DNA of 64,000 nucleotides from the NCBI GenBank assembly GCA_964016885.1, contig OZ024747.1, forward strand, positions 38,068,001 through 38,132,000. The letters are read 5' to 3'. A model generated the notes under the pieces. That model was given only the letters and a program-made list of their open reading frames with translations. It did no database searches and was not told where the DNA came from. This document shows, piece by piece, positions 1-12,760 of the stretch. Made by a program: the position numbers and the translations under genes. Origin of the DNA: Eledone cirrhosa (lineage: Eukaryota). Numbering within the stretch: the first letter of the stretch is position 1; the number at the start of each line of letters is the position of its first letter.

Positions 1-2057
1 CCAAGAAGAAGACAGCCTCTTTATGGCTCTGACAATAATGTCTGGGACTTTAGCAAGTTGGAGGGCCTCTATCATCCAAGAGAGGGGAACAGAATCGAAA
101 GCTTTCTTGTAGTCCAGCCAGACTGTAGTCATATTTCTCCTAAGTTGTCGCACCTCCGACATCGCAGTTTTGTTGATTAGGAGTTGTTCAGCACATCCCC
201 AAACCCTTTTCTTTCCAGCTGCTTGTTCATCTGTGATGATGTTATTATTTTCACAGTGATCTTGGAGGAATAGGTTGAGGCAGGCTGTATACATCTTATA
301 CATCAGGTTCTGGCATGCAATAGGTCGGTAGTTTTTTGCCAAGTGGGTGTCTTTGTTCTTGGCGACCAGTAACGTTTGTGCTAATGTTAACCATTCTGGT
401 ATAAGTGTATCTCCCTTATGTTTTTTGTACCAGTAGCCGACAATCATGTCTCTTCCTGGTGTTTTCTTATCTTGGAGTTTTCCTATCACAGTCTCAAGGG
501 TACCCTCACTTATTTCGTATGTTTTTGTTGTAGTGTAGGAGCAATAGTTCTTTCGGATTTCACTTATCCACACTGCATCTTGGTTGAAATTCTTCTTTTC
601 ACCCCATATTTTTCTCCAAAAGGAATCTGTCTTTCTGGGATGGGGCCTCAGTGACACTTATTATTTTGTCCTTCATATCTCTATAGACTGATGTTTGGTT
701 TCGTCTGAATCTTTTATTAAGCATTTTTCTCTCATCTACCTTCTTCAGGTATCGGCGTTTTTGGCTAACAGCTCTCAATTCTTGTTTGAGGGGGATCAGT
801 TTATATTGGAGAGTTCTGGTTCTACTGTTACCAAACATCGTCTCTATTTTATTTTTCACTCTTTGTTGGTGAGGAGTGAGGGTTTTTTTGTGTTTGTTTG
901 CATGTAAGGAGCATTATCACATGTCCTATGTTTTTTTGTAGGTCAGCACTCTTTTTTTCTATTTTAGTTATATATGATGGTATTTTTGGTGGTGTTTTGT
1001 TCTTGTTAATATCTCTGCTATCACCAAGAAAATACTTCACTGTCATTGCGAAGGCATATAAACAGGCGTTGATTTGCCAAAATGTTGGGGTTTTTATCCG
1101 TCGTAAATATTCATCCCCTATTTCGTCAATAACACGTAGTATTTCATTATTTGGTTTTTTATTCACCATTGTCATTTTAACACGTTCAGCCAGAGAGATA
1201 CATGAGTTAATTTCTCTCTAGAAGATTTCGTTGAGGGAAATTTTCAATTGTTTATACTTTTGATTATCATTATCGATAGTATTTTCCACAACAGTCGAGG
1301 TAGACTCGGATGGTATACGTGGTGTCACATTTATTCGATTATTATTATTATTTCTTCGATTATTATTATTATCGATAGTGTTTTCCCCAGCATTCGAGGT
1401 AGACTTAGATGGTACAGGCATAGTTGTTTCAAGGCGTTGTTCGACCTGGCTGCTAGGAAGTCTAGTAGCATGGCGATCTGTAGCACGTGTTGTTGATTCC
1501 ATGTTTGTTGTGGGGGACTTACAATTAATAATATTTATCTTATTTTTACGTTCAACAAACGTCGCTTGTTGGCGTAATTGTTTCGCTGTGAAATAATTTA
1601 GCTCTGGGTGCATTTCGTCCCAGTGTAGCTTCATTCTATTCATATAGCGAATGGAGGGATTGTTTTTTGCCATTTTATAACAATTAAATAAATCATTATT
1701 AAGTTCGCAACTCCAAGAGAAATGCGATTTATAATTTCGGTTTCTTCTGTAGCTACAACTGAATAATATTTTCTTACCTTCTTTGTTATTTGTCTTCGAT
1801 ACTTCCTTAATTTTCTTGTTGATGTTGTGTTCAGCCATGCTGTTTGTAGCAAATCCTTGTAAAATGAATTATGTATTTAGTCGGATATCTCTACGAATTC
1901 GAATAAAAGGTGTCTTCAGAAGGGATAGTTAGAAGAATAACCAGTCATTAAACCTGGCTGTAGTTGTGGTATTACTGTCGGAGATAGTATTCATCAAAAA
2001 TTTAATAAATAGTCTCCCACGCCAAAATATGCGAGTGATCGCGGTGACTGATGGAAG
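1..2057 (-). mobile_element. R4/Dong-clade non-LTR retrotransposon, 5' half (runs off window start), decayed
   Basis: Minus-strand translation of ~1-420 gives RT motifs NYRPIACQNLMYKMY...EQAAGKKGVWGC...WLDYKKAFDSVP. ORF 1218-1838 has the N-terminal W-x3-LN...CY...YMNRMKLHW domain seen in the other Dong copies. The 5' end abuts (TATG)n. Confidence 0.88.
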
Positions 2058-2106
2058 TATATATATGTGTATGTATGTATGTATGTATGTATGTATGTAT
2101 GTATGT
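2058..2106. repeat. (TATG)n microsatellite
   Basis: Direct reading. Confidence 0.97.
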
Positions 2107-2602
2107 GACTTTGGACATCCTGCAGGCCTAAAAACAAAACCTGTCAAAGGGCAAAGGAGCTCTTAAGAGTCAATGGCCATCCAAAATCACCGGGAGAGAT
2201 GACCCCTTAGCCTTTGTCAAGGCAGAATTCTAGGAGAAGGAAAACTCTGATATAACACCTGCAACCCTGATGGTATCCAATGATGTTGACTTGTTCTTCC
2301 TTTTGGTAAATATCATCTTGGTTAAGAGAGTGGGACTGGCTTTGTGCAGTGCGTTTGCTCACTATAAAAGCTTCACGGCACAGCCATTGCTTTATATCTG
2401 GAGATCTCTCTGCACTTGTCGTCACATGGTACCATGGGGCCAGCACTATTTGTCAATAATTGTCCCAAGTGTAGTGTTTGTACCAGAGTTTTCAAGTCGC
2501 TGGCTAGACTAAAAAGTCACACTCGTTCAGCGCATCGGTAGGGGTTCTCCTACATGGATATAAAGTAGTGGCCGTACTCGAAAACGAGTTGGCAGCCACC
2601 TT
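2107..2602 (+). mobile_element. Probable 5'-leader fragment of an RTE-clade LINE
   Basis: Contains ctaggagaaggaaaactctga, a motif I recognise from RTE 5' UTRs. Its start (tttggacatcctgcagg) overlaps the end of the 9603-9740 fragment (tttggacaccctgcgg). Bounded by two (TATG)n tracts. Confidence 0.5.
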
Positions 2603-2680
2603 GTATGTATGTATGTATGTATGTATGTATGTATGTATGTATGTATGTATGTATGTATGTATGTTTGTATGTATGTATGT
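2603..2680. repeat. (TATG)n microsatellite at the 3' end of a Dong element
   Basis: Direct reading. Confidence 0.97.
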
Positions 2681-2760
2681 TTTCTCTTTCTCTTAATTTC
2701 GAGTATATTTTTTTGACCGGCCACCTTCCTGGTGGCAAGGTTGTAAAAGAAAAGAAATTG

Positions 2761-3432
2761 TCATCCCTTGAATCGCAAGAATGTTTTGCAAATTTTGAAG
2801 GTGCCACCTATCGCAGCCATTTGTAGACTATGAATTAGGGAGCTGCGCTTTTTGTCCGCAAATCCAAGTTCAGTCATACTTTGGTCCAAGCGGGTTGGTA
2901 TATAACCCGTAGCTCCAATAATGATAGGTATGAAGCTAAAGGTGTATCTTGGATACTGGATTTGTAAACTCCTCATCAATGGTCCGTAGAAGTCCTCCTT
3001 CTCCTGTATTTTTCTGACAACGTTTACATCAAGTGGGCAGCTGATCTCCACAACAGAACACGTTTTCAATGCGTGGTTCCAAACAACAATATCAGGCCGG
3101 TTGTGCTTTAATTTAGTGGCAGTTTTTATTTTCAGGTTCCACCAGTATTCCTTAGTGCCATCTGTCTCAATATATTCTTCCTCGTTTGTTGTTAATTTTG
3201 TTTTCCGAAGTGCGTTCCAGATGGTTCTAGCTATCCCATCGTGTCTCATGGGGAGGTAGTAGCGAGATGACATTCTTTCGCAGCTGGCAACAATGTGGCT
3301 GACATCCTCGATCTTTTTACATAGCCTACATTTATTGTCAGCTGCTGGCCATCCTCTTTTGTGCAGCAGATATTTGGTAGGGAGTTCTTGTTCCTGTATT
3401 GCATAGAGATATCCCTCAAGGTGTGATGTCAT
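2761..3432 (-). pseudogene. CCHC zinc finger + restriction-like (PD-(D/E)xK) endonuclease of the Dong element
   Basis: CRLC...HIVASC, RHD, NRPDIVV...EISCP...K, IPIIIGATG. Confidence 0.92.
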
Positions 3433-3741
3433 AAACTTGTCGGAACTTCATGCCAGGCTTTTTGAGTGGTTTATCCCCTCTATGGTCTGTGTTTTACGCC
3501 TCAAGTATCCATGCACAACTTTTTCTGTAAATTGGTCAATTTTTTAATCTTGTTTGAACATTGAATAGGATCTTCCGATTTCTCTGGGTGAGAGATTTAT
3601 ATCAGGCTTTATTCCATATCTCTCCTCCAGATCAGTCGCTATTCTAATGATTCTTTTTTTTCATGCTCATAAACCTGGGCAAGATGGTTGCCAACCTTTT
3701 TCCCCTGTTGAAGGTGTTGCTTCAGTGTTACTATCCGGGTC

Positions 3742-5211
3742 TCATATGTTTTTTAATATTGATTTTAGACCCCGGCCACCTTCCTTGCGTGAGAAGTATA
3801 GCCTATCCACAACACCATTGATGTTAAAGTTCCCAGTAACACTGAGAAGTTTTCGAGTTCTAACATCCATCTCACTTAGTTCTTGCAATGACCAGTTCAG
3901 CAGGCCAAATGTTGGCGTTAGAATTGGCACAGCATAAGTATTGTGGGTAATGTATTTGTTGTATGCTGACAGTTCTGATGACCATATTTTCTTTACTCTT
4001 CTGAGGTATTCAGTTCTGGTTCTCTCCTTATTTATGGGTCCATCATATCTGACATTCTCATCCTGTCCAAGATATCTGTAGTTGTCACCTGACTGCAGTG
4101 GTTGTATTGTCAGGCCGTTCATCTCTAGATTTCTAGAGGAGAGCACAGCTCTTCCACGTTTTACTGCCAAATATGCACACTTGGACTCACCAAATTTCAT
4201 TTTGATGTCGGTTGAAAATTGTGTAATGAGGTCCAATTGTTTCTTGATGTCATTGATATTTGGCCCATACAACTTCAGGTCATCAACAAAGAAAAGATGG
4301 GAGATACTTCTGGGCCCACTTCTTTGTCCACCTTGTTTCCTGAGTAGGTAAGATAGTGGATTCAGTGAGAGAACGAAGAGTAGCACTGACAAGCTATCAC
4401 CCTGAAAGATGCCCTTCTGGTAATGTATCTTATCAGTCTTAACCTGCTCCTTCTCACCTCTAAGGATCAAATTGGTGTACCAGTTTTTGGTCAGTCGTTC
4501 AACAGCAGCTACCAATGGTTGTGGGACTTTAGCTAACTGTAAAGCCTTAATAATCCACCCATGAGGTACACTATCAAATGCTTTTTGATAGTCCATCCAC
4601 ACCACAGTCATGTTTCTGCGATTCTTTGTTGTTTTTTCCTGAATCATTTTGTTAGTTAGTAGGTGATCTATGCAACCCCACACCTCCTTCTTTCCACCAG
4701 CTTGCTCAGGTGTTATGATGTTGTTGGTAGCACAGTTATCCTGTAAGAACAGGTTAAGGCACCCAGTATATAATTTATACACGATGTTTTGGCAGGCAAT
4801 TGGGCGGTAATTTTTAGCAAGGGTGGTTTGGCTATTTTGGGGAATGAGGAGAGTAGTGGCAGTTGATAACCATCTGGGCAGTTCTTGTGTGCCCTTAATG
4901 GTTTCTGTAAACAGCCGTATGAGATCTTGCCGATAGAAAGGGAAATTCTTCAACCAGTATCCTGTAATGAGGTCTGGGCCTGGCGATTTCCTATTCGACA
5001 TTTTCTGTAGAGCTGTTTCCAGTATTGACCCATCTATGTCATATTGTTTTGTCTGTACATGTTGGCAGTAGTCCTGTTCCAGTTCTTTTAGCCAATTAGC
5101 TTGTCTGTTGAATCCGACATCCGTTTCCCATACAGATCTCCAGTAGCTCTCAACCTGTTCTTTTGAAGAGTGTCGTTTACAGGGATTCAGCTTTTGCCAC
5201 CGAAGCTGCAA
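3742..5211 (-). pseudogene. Reverse transcriptase domain of the Dong element
   Basis: KSPGPD, NYRPIAC, DYQKAFDSV, GIFQGDSLS, LFFVDDLKLY, YRYLG motifs. Confidence 0.93.
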
Positions 5212-6887
5212 TAAACTGATTTAGGATCTCTGGCAAACAATCTATTTAGCACTTGTCGTTTATGTGCTGTTGACTTATATTTTAGTCTTTCTGTTGTAGA
5301 TGTGAGTTGTTGTTTCAACTGGTGTAATTTGGAGTTCAAAGTTTTAAATTTTGTATCTCCAAATCGTCTCTCTAACTTTTTCTTTAGGTCTTCCTGGTGT
5401 CGTGTGAAGTTGCTCTCTATGTTGCATTTCATAACGACTGCGATGTGTGAGATACTTCGTCTCAGGGACAAAATTTTGGTTTTTAAATTTCGCATCCACG
5501 CTGGTTCAGGCTTTCTGTTTGTACCTTGATTGAGTGGTTTTAGATGTGTGTTATATGATAGCAATGTGACAGCTGAAACATATAACAAAACATTAAGCGT
5601 TTCAAATGTCGTTTCTACACCTTTAGATCGTATAGCCTTCAGATAATTGCCAGCTATTTCGTTCACCGCTTCCAATTCGAATTTAGTGGGTTCTTTACTG
5701 ATTCTAGTGTTGTATGGTCTGTCACTCACATTAAGGCTGTGTATCTCTTGAAACATATCGTTCCATATCACTTATAGGGTGTCCACAAGTTTTTGGTGCT
5801 CTGTTTGTTCAGTAGTCATGCATTTCAGCCTCGTTGTTGATGTGGTGACAATTACTACTAGAGTTAGCTGACCTTTCTCGCTGTTCTTCAGTGGAAGTGG
5901 GATGGTTTTCAGCAAAATTGTTGGTGAGCTGTTCACTGTTAGATTTCTCTTTGTCTGTCAGTGGAGGTGGGGTGGTTGTCTACAAGGGCTGTATTTGTAG
6001 TATCACTCAATTCCGTTAGATGTATCAATTTACATCTAATGATACGTTTTGCCTGTTCATTTAAATGCTTTGGAGAAAAGTCTAATTCTGGGTGTTTGGA
6101 GTTTCATAAAGTTTAAAAGCCTTTGCATAAAACCGAACTTTTGGGGTTCAGATTGTTTGTATGCTTCATATAATACTTTGTTAAGCTCGTAGCTCCACTG
6201 TGTAAACGGTTGTAGTTGCGATTTGGTCGAAGGAGACTTGTACTTTTTGCCATGATGAGTTCGTCTATTCACTAATATTTCGCATTTATTTTTCAAAATA
6301 GTCGATGATCTTCTTTAAAAGTTTCGACAAAGTTCTGTCAGAATCAAATTTAAAGTTATTCACAGCTTGGGTAATATTTCTTTTCAGTTAGTTTTTAATT
6401 CTACAACTGTGTTTTAAACGTTGTTCTTGAATCGTTTGAATCGAAAACAAAAAGAACCGTTACTTAGTATATTCCTTTATGAATGTAATATAATATAACA
6501 ACGCTGTATTTATATGTTAAAGTTTATGTATCATTCATATAAATAGGTATTCTACAACTTATTCACAACATATTCACAGTTCAAACACTTATGTTTTTGT
6601 TTCTGAATCGAAAACGCTACTTGTATATTTCTTTATAAATGTAATATAACAACGTTGCATTTATATGTTAAAGTGTATGTATCGTTCATATATCATAAGT
6701 GTATGTATCGTTCATATAAATAGGTGTTTTACAACACACTTACAGTTCAAACACTTATGTAGAATTATTGTATGTAATCTTACCGCGTAATGTAGCTCAA
6801 CTTTTTCCAATATATGGTATGTTGCTTTCATGTAAGCCGTAATTACACACGTCCGATTATCGGACACTGACCACAACGGTCGCCATT

Positions 6888-7028
6888 TATGTATGTATGT
6901 ATGTATGTATGTATGTATGTATGTATGTATGTATGTATGTATGTATGTATGTATGTATCTATGTATGCATGCATGTATGTATATATGTATGTGTGTGTGT
7001 GTGTGTATGCGTGTGTGTATGTATGTAT
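6888..7028. repeat. (TATG)n/(TG)n compound microsatellite
   Basis: Direct reading. Confidence 0.96.
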
Positions 7029-7279
7029 TCTTCTGGTTTTATAATTTCACAAATTTTTACCAATAGAGGGAGAGTCGGTTTCTAACATAGACACAAGACT
7101 CTCTCATTGGAATTTACACAACATCAACTGGGTAGATATGTATGTATGCATGCATGTGTAGATATGGATATTATTGTATGTGTGGATGTTGATGTTTTGA
7201 GTTGTATGTGTGCATGTGCATATGCTTTGTATCTGCACATATGTATATGCAGTTATTAGATGCAAAATGTTTGGAATGT

Positions 7280-7620
7280 TTTCTCAGTTCTGCATAAATA
7301 TTCTCCCTTTCGCTAAACTTTGATAATATATTGGCATCTGCTGGGCAGCTAAGTTCCATTTACTGTGCATGCTTTCTTTTCCCTGTCCCATATGATAATA
7401 TCTGGTCTGTTATGCCTGCATTTTATTGGGGTTTTACTGGAACATTCCACCAGTACTCTTTCATATTGTGTATATGGATGTCTTCCACATTGCTGTAGAT
7501 TTTAATTTTTTTTATTATCGGGGCTCTCGTTTCTACGCAAATGGTGGACAGTCCACCATTTGCCTCCTTCACGGAACCATGGTTCAACTAAGCACTCTTG
7601 CGATATTAACACATTTTGAA
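7280..7620 (-). mobile_element. Dong-type REL endonuclease fragment (older copy)
   Basis: KCRHNRPDIIIWDREKKACTV / MELSCPADANI, homologous to 2761-3432. Confidence 0.75.
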
Positions 7621-8045
7621 CTGCTTAACTTCAATGGCTGTGCTTGTAAATAACATTATTTTTTCTTCCACATTGACTTTTTACGTTCCACATTATGCAC
7701 GCTTTTTTTCCCTTTTACTTTTTTCTTTTCACTTATTAAACCTTGTTTGTATATAACATTAATCTTTCTGCACCTTCTGTTTAACACGTGCGACACCACA
7801 CTAATACATTTCACTATCATTTGATAATGCATATAAATGCAGAAACCGGTAATAGACAATAATTAAATATATAAATAGATAGATAAATGCCATTGTTAAA
7901 TAATAAATGAATCAACTAATACCTTAACACTTCACACAAAGTAGAACATTTCATTTTAATCATTTTCTAACCCAGAAAAGAGAGAGAGAGACAAAAAAAA
8001 AAAAAAAAAAATGTATATTCCTCATAATCGTCTCTTTCTCCCTGT

Positions 8046-8169
<124 letters not shown>

Positions 8170-8926
8170 TAACTCGTGTGCCTCCTCTCCACAATTTATT
8201 ATTATTATTATTATTATTACTATATATATACACATATATATATATATGATTGCAGATAGACATAATTAACAGCCATAAATGCATGACAGCTAATCCTATA
8301 TATTTATATATATATATTTAATTTTATTTAATAACACAAAGGATGTATAACATTAATAAAAAATCACTTATGCTTTGTATGTATATGTTATATACGAGGG
8401 TAGATACACGTATGATATGTATTTTCTGAGTGTGTGTTATATGATATGTAATTTCTCTAGCAATATATAGATTTCTTAATGTTTAAATTCCAATTTTTAA
8501 ACTAAATATCTAATCATAGTTAAACAATGATTAATTTATCATATTATATATGTATATTCCATTCATGAATATTAATATTTCTAATTTTATTTATTCATTT
8601 CATCTCAATTTTTAACTTAACTTAATATGACATGACTTAAGGTTTTCGTTCTCTCCCCATCTCTCTATCTCTATATTTCTCTCTCTCGATTTTTTCTCTC
8701 TGTCTGGTGTTTTGATATCTCTCTCTCATTTTTTCTCTTTTTTCTTTCTTTCTTTCTTTATTTATTTCTCTCTATCTCTCTCCGCTTTTCTCTCTCTCCG
8801 TTTTTTCTCTCTCTCAGTCTTTTTCCTTCTCCGTAACACAACGACTTACTAATATAAGTAAACAAATCCACTATTCTGATGTCTTCCAAAAGTAACGGTA
8901 GCATTTTGAAAGGGTATGTCAATATT

Positions 8927-9034
8927 TATTTATAAAACTGGTATATATTGTATTTTGTCTGATGAAAGCATACCATAATTTTAACATGGTATCCTCGAAA
9001 TATGTATAATAAAATAGATATGGTTTTATAAATA
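8927..9034 (+). ncRNA. Type I hammerhead ribozyme motif (slightly degenerate, minimal stem III)
   Basis: Core CTGATGA at 8959-8965. Stem II 8966-8976/8986-8996 (9 of 11 pairs). GAAA at 8997-9000. Stem III ATA-TG-TAT with cleavage triplet AUA (9006-9008). Stem I TATTTTGT/ATAAAATA plus a distal 13-bp helix 8927-8939/9022-9034. Confidence 0.75.
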
Positions 9035-9055
9035 TAGTTTCCATTTGTTAATATC

Positions 9056-9213
<158 letters not shown>

Positions 9214-9602
9214 TAAAATAACATATTAAAGTTTAAACAAAGAATCGCTGCTTTCACCCTTAATGGGATCTTCTGAAACTAAAAAAATCAATCTGTGAAC
9301 GCAAAAGTAAATATTTCGAAAGGTTTTTGTGTATGCAAAAATATCTGTCAGTGATGCATGTGATTATGTAATCGCCGGCCTTTTTTGTTTATATTTTGTG
9401 TGCGTGTATGCAAAGATATCTGTACACGAATATCTATATTAAAATAACATATTAAAGTTTAAGCAAATAATCGCTACTTTCACTCTTAACATTCATGTGT
9501 GTATTGGAATTTAAACATTAACTAGGTATGCATGCCTGTGTATGCAGGCTTAGATGTTATTGTATGCGTGTATGCATGTATGTATGTATATATGAATGTA
9601 TA

Positions 9603-9740
9603 TATGTCAGGTCATTCTTCAGCACTACTGGTAACATGTAACCCTGTACAACCTGTGCATGGTCGGGACGTCGGCGACTAAACCGGTGACTCACCAAGCC
9701 TGTTTGGTGAGGAGGTTGATTTTGGACACCCTGCGGAATG
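9603..9740 (+). mobile_element. Probable extreme 5' end of an RTE-clade LINE leader
   Basis: GC-rich structured island with hairpin ctcaccaa/ttggtgag (9690-9711). Its 3' end matches the start of 2107-2602. Confidence 0.45.
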
Positions 9741-9747
9741 TGTGTGT

Positions 9748-9749
<2 letters not shown>

Positions 9750-9820
<71 letters not shown>
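9750..9820. repeat. (GA)n microsatellite
   Basis: Direct reading. Confidence 0.98.
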
Positions 9821-9825
<5 letters not shown>

Positions 9826-10039
9826 TAGAGAGTAAATGAGAAAGAGATGTAGAGAAGGAATCAATTCCAATACTGAACTCGTTCTTTTTATCGACCTTGA
9901 AAGAAAAAGGAAAGATAAAGTTGTTCTCTGTTACATTTGAATTAAAGCTCAGTGAGCCAGAACGAATACAGAAAAACATTCTATCCGATATTCGCATGAC
10001 TCTATCAATCCACTGCCTAAAATACACCATGTATTTTTC

Positions 10040-10200
10040 AATAAAGGTGTTCCAGGCATGACCACTCCGTCTTTCAGATATAGCTTATCTCAAACTATAT
10101 TATATATGTCCTTTCTTTCTTCTGAAACACAGTTGGAGAGTATTTGAGAAAAAAAATTACTAATAATTCTAGCTGGTTGAGTGACCACGTAAAGCCTCGC
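10040..10200 (+). repeat. Short dispersed repeat, diverged (related pieces at ~13365-13500 on + and ~12135-12190 on -)
   Basis: aaaggtgttccaggcatgaccactccgtcttt here vs aaaggccttccagtcgtgatcaccctctcttt at ~13371. Confidence 0.45.
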
Positions 10201-10227
10201 CTAAATTTTGTAGCGCTCACCATGTGT

Positions 10228-11797
10228 TCTAGGGCGGGTAAAATTCCCGAGATCCATAGACGAGTTCTCTCCAGCGGTCTCTATCCCTCATTATTGCTGC
10301 CATGTCCTGCGTCTCCAACAGACCAGTGTCTGTCCTTAGGGCATCAACATATGTTAACCTTCGTCTTCCTCTTCCAGTGTGTCCATGTTGGGGCTCCCAC
10401 AGGAGCACTGAGTGCAATGTCAACTTTGGATGTCGGTCAGTATGTCCAGCTAACCTCAGTCTCCTCTGTGTCACTTTTGAGCTGACATTTGGGAGGCTCC
10501 CATACAACTCTGAGTTTTTCATCCTCAGTGTATACTGATTAATGTTCAGAGCCATCCTCAGCATTCTCGTGTAGCACCCATCCACCATCTGAGTGAGTTT
10601 ATTGGTCAGTGTCTAAGTCTCAGACCCGTACAGCAGCACAGACTCCACTACAGCAATGAAGAGGCTGATTTTGAGGTCTCTACGAAGGTCCAACTTCCAC
10701 ACCGATCTCAAGCTGTGGCACGCCGCCCAGGCTTTGCTCTTCCTCTCAACCACATCATCTTCCATATTCCCAATCTTTGCTCCCAAATACAGGAACTCCT
10801 CAACCAATTCTAGCGGCTTCCCGCCTACATAAGTGATTCTCTCTGGCTTCTCAACATCCTCTACCAGATATTTTGTTTTAGTCTCATTCATTCTCAGCCC
10901 CACACTCATCGACACAGTCTCAACCTTCCGCATCATATCCTTTGCCTCCTTCACTGTATTTGTCACCAAAACTATGTCGGCAAATTCAGCATCCGATATT
11001 TTCTTCGCCTTAACTCTCCTGCTCTGAGCAGGTGCTACAGTAAAGCCAGAGTCCTGGTGTTTCTCCAGTGCAAGGCGCATACAATAGTCCACTACGATAA
11101 TAAAAAGGTAGGGAGCCAATATGTATCTCCCTGAAGCACTCCAGCCAGTATCCCAAAGAACTCTGTCATCCCATCAGGTGTAATGACTTGGGCTTTGGTG
11201 TTGGTGTAGAGCAGTGATATCAGGTTCACTATCTTCTTGGGGATTCCATAAGCCTGTAAGATATTCATCAGGCAGTGACGGTCCACAGAATCAAAGGCCT
11301 TCCTAAAGTCAATGAAAACCATGACCGCAAAATGGGCACTTTGAACCTGAGGACTATTCGGACGCTGGAGAAGAGAGAGGAGTTGGTAAATCTGTTCGAC
11401 GAGAGTGGTATACAGATACTTGCGATCCAAGAACACAGGATCCTACACGATGAGGAGTGTGATGATTGGGAAGATGAGCCAGCTCATCACCATATCGGCA
11501 GTGAGGAACATGATCAATGCTCCAGTGGGAGGAGTGGGTTTTGTTTTCAGCACAAAAAACAGTCTATTGGTGAGGGAAATAATGCCTATCTCCCCGCGAG
11601 TGTTGAGGGTGACCTTTAATGGAAACCCAAGACAGACAGTCATCTCAGCCTATAGTCCAACCGAGGGAGACAGTGATGTGAGTGCAGAAGAGTTCCATGA
11701 GGAGTTGTGTAGAGCTGTCAACACCACTCAAGCACACAACATCCTGCTTGTTTTGGGGGACTTCAATGCACATCTGAGTAAAAAAGGCAGTGAAGAT
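10228..11797 (-). mobile_element. RTE-clade LINE insertion with inverted 5' segment, bounded by a TSD
   Basis: 10229-~11329 is the RT 3' half on minus (GVLQGDT...DAEFAD...FLYLG...GSREFYPP*). ~11329-11797 is the APE N-terminus on plus (KMGTLNLRT...AIQEHR...LGDFNAH). Both are highly similar to 34073-37336. TCACCATGTGT at 10217-10227 and 11797-11807. Confidence 0.92.
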
Positions 11798-12189
11798 CAC
11801 CATGTGTATTGTTTGTTATTGATGATGATGATGATCCCCTTATCATAAAAAACAACAGTAAAAAGAAGAACTTCAACAGAAAAGCATTATCTAAAATAAA
11901 TAGACAAGTAGACAATGATAGAAACATCAACAATAGCAAGAAGAAAACTAACACAAGTAACAAAAACAACGACACAGTGTCTACGGACAGGGCCAATCAG
12001 CTGCTGGCGTAATAAAAATTGAAATGAAAAAGCCGACAACTAATGAAATGCTAAAGACAATGACTGCAAAGTCATAGCTTTCATCTGAAGTAGCAATAGA
12101 AATATCTTAGAAGACAAACGAGTCAATGATGTCCTCTAGAGGGATACTTGAACTGCTAGAAATAACACTAAAATGACCTTCAAATCACA

Positions 12190-12760
12190 GCAAGGGTGGG
12201 ATGGGTTCTTTTCAGCACAGCATCTCTCCATTCGTCATGGTCCCTCGTCATCTACTCTGTGAGCTTCAGTTATCTGAGGTCAGCTCTCACCTCCTCCCAT
12301 GTTTTTGTAGTCTTCCTCTACTGCATCTTTCTTCCACTGGGATTTCTTGGCACTTCTTCACCCAGCAGTCATCTTCCATGCACATCACTTGACCATACCA
12401 ATGTAGTCTTCTCTCCTGCACACTACAGTTTATCCCTCTTATACACAGTTTCATTCTCACCGCGTCCATGCTTGGTCGTTCACGTACATTGACATTGCAA
12501 TTCCAACGGAGCATGCTTGCTTCATTTCTCTTCAACCTTCACAAATACTCCGCAGTTGCTGCCCATGTCCCACTACCATGCAGCATTGCGCATCTCACAC
12601 AGGCATCAAACACCTGACCTTTCATTCGTAGGGAGAAACCCTTTGTTGCCAACAGAGGGAGCAGCTCCCTAAACTTCTTCCATCCTGTCCTTATTCTAGA
12701 TAGTATAGCCTTGGAGTATCCTCCTTCCTTGCTAATCTGATCACCTAGATATAAAAAATG
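12190..12760 (-). mobile_element. 5'-truncated RTE-clade LINE of a second family (C-terminal end)
   Basis: FLYLGDQISKEGG..., EASMLRW, RRLHWYGQV, RGR motifs typical of the RTE C-terminus. Confidence 0.75.

Larger units (their letters stand above)
2681..6887 (-). mobile_element. Near full-length R4/Dong-clade non-LTR retrotransposon (frameshifted)
   Basis: Ordered fragments: N-terminal domain (6057-6296), pre-RT (5187-5771), RT (3742-5211), CCHC + REL endonuclease (2761-3432), short 3' UTR. Flanked on both sides by (TATG)n. The 5' UTR has a ~165-bp tandem duplication (6438-6760). Confidence 0.93.
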
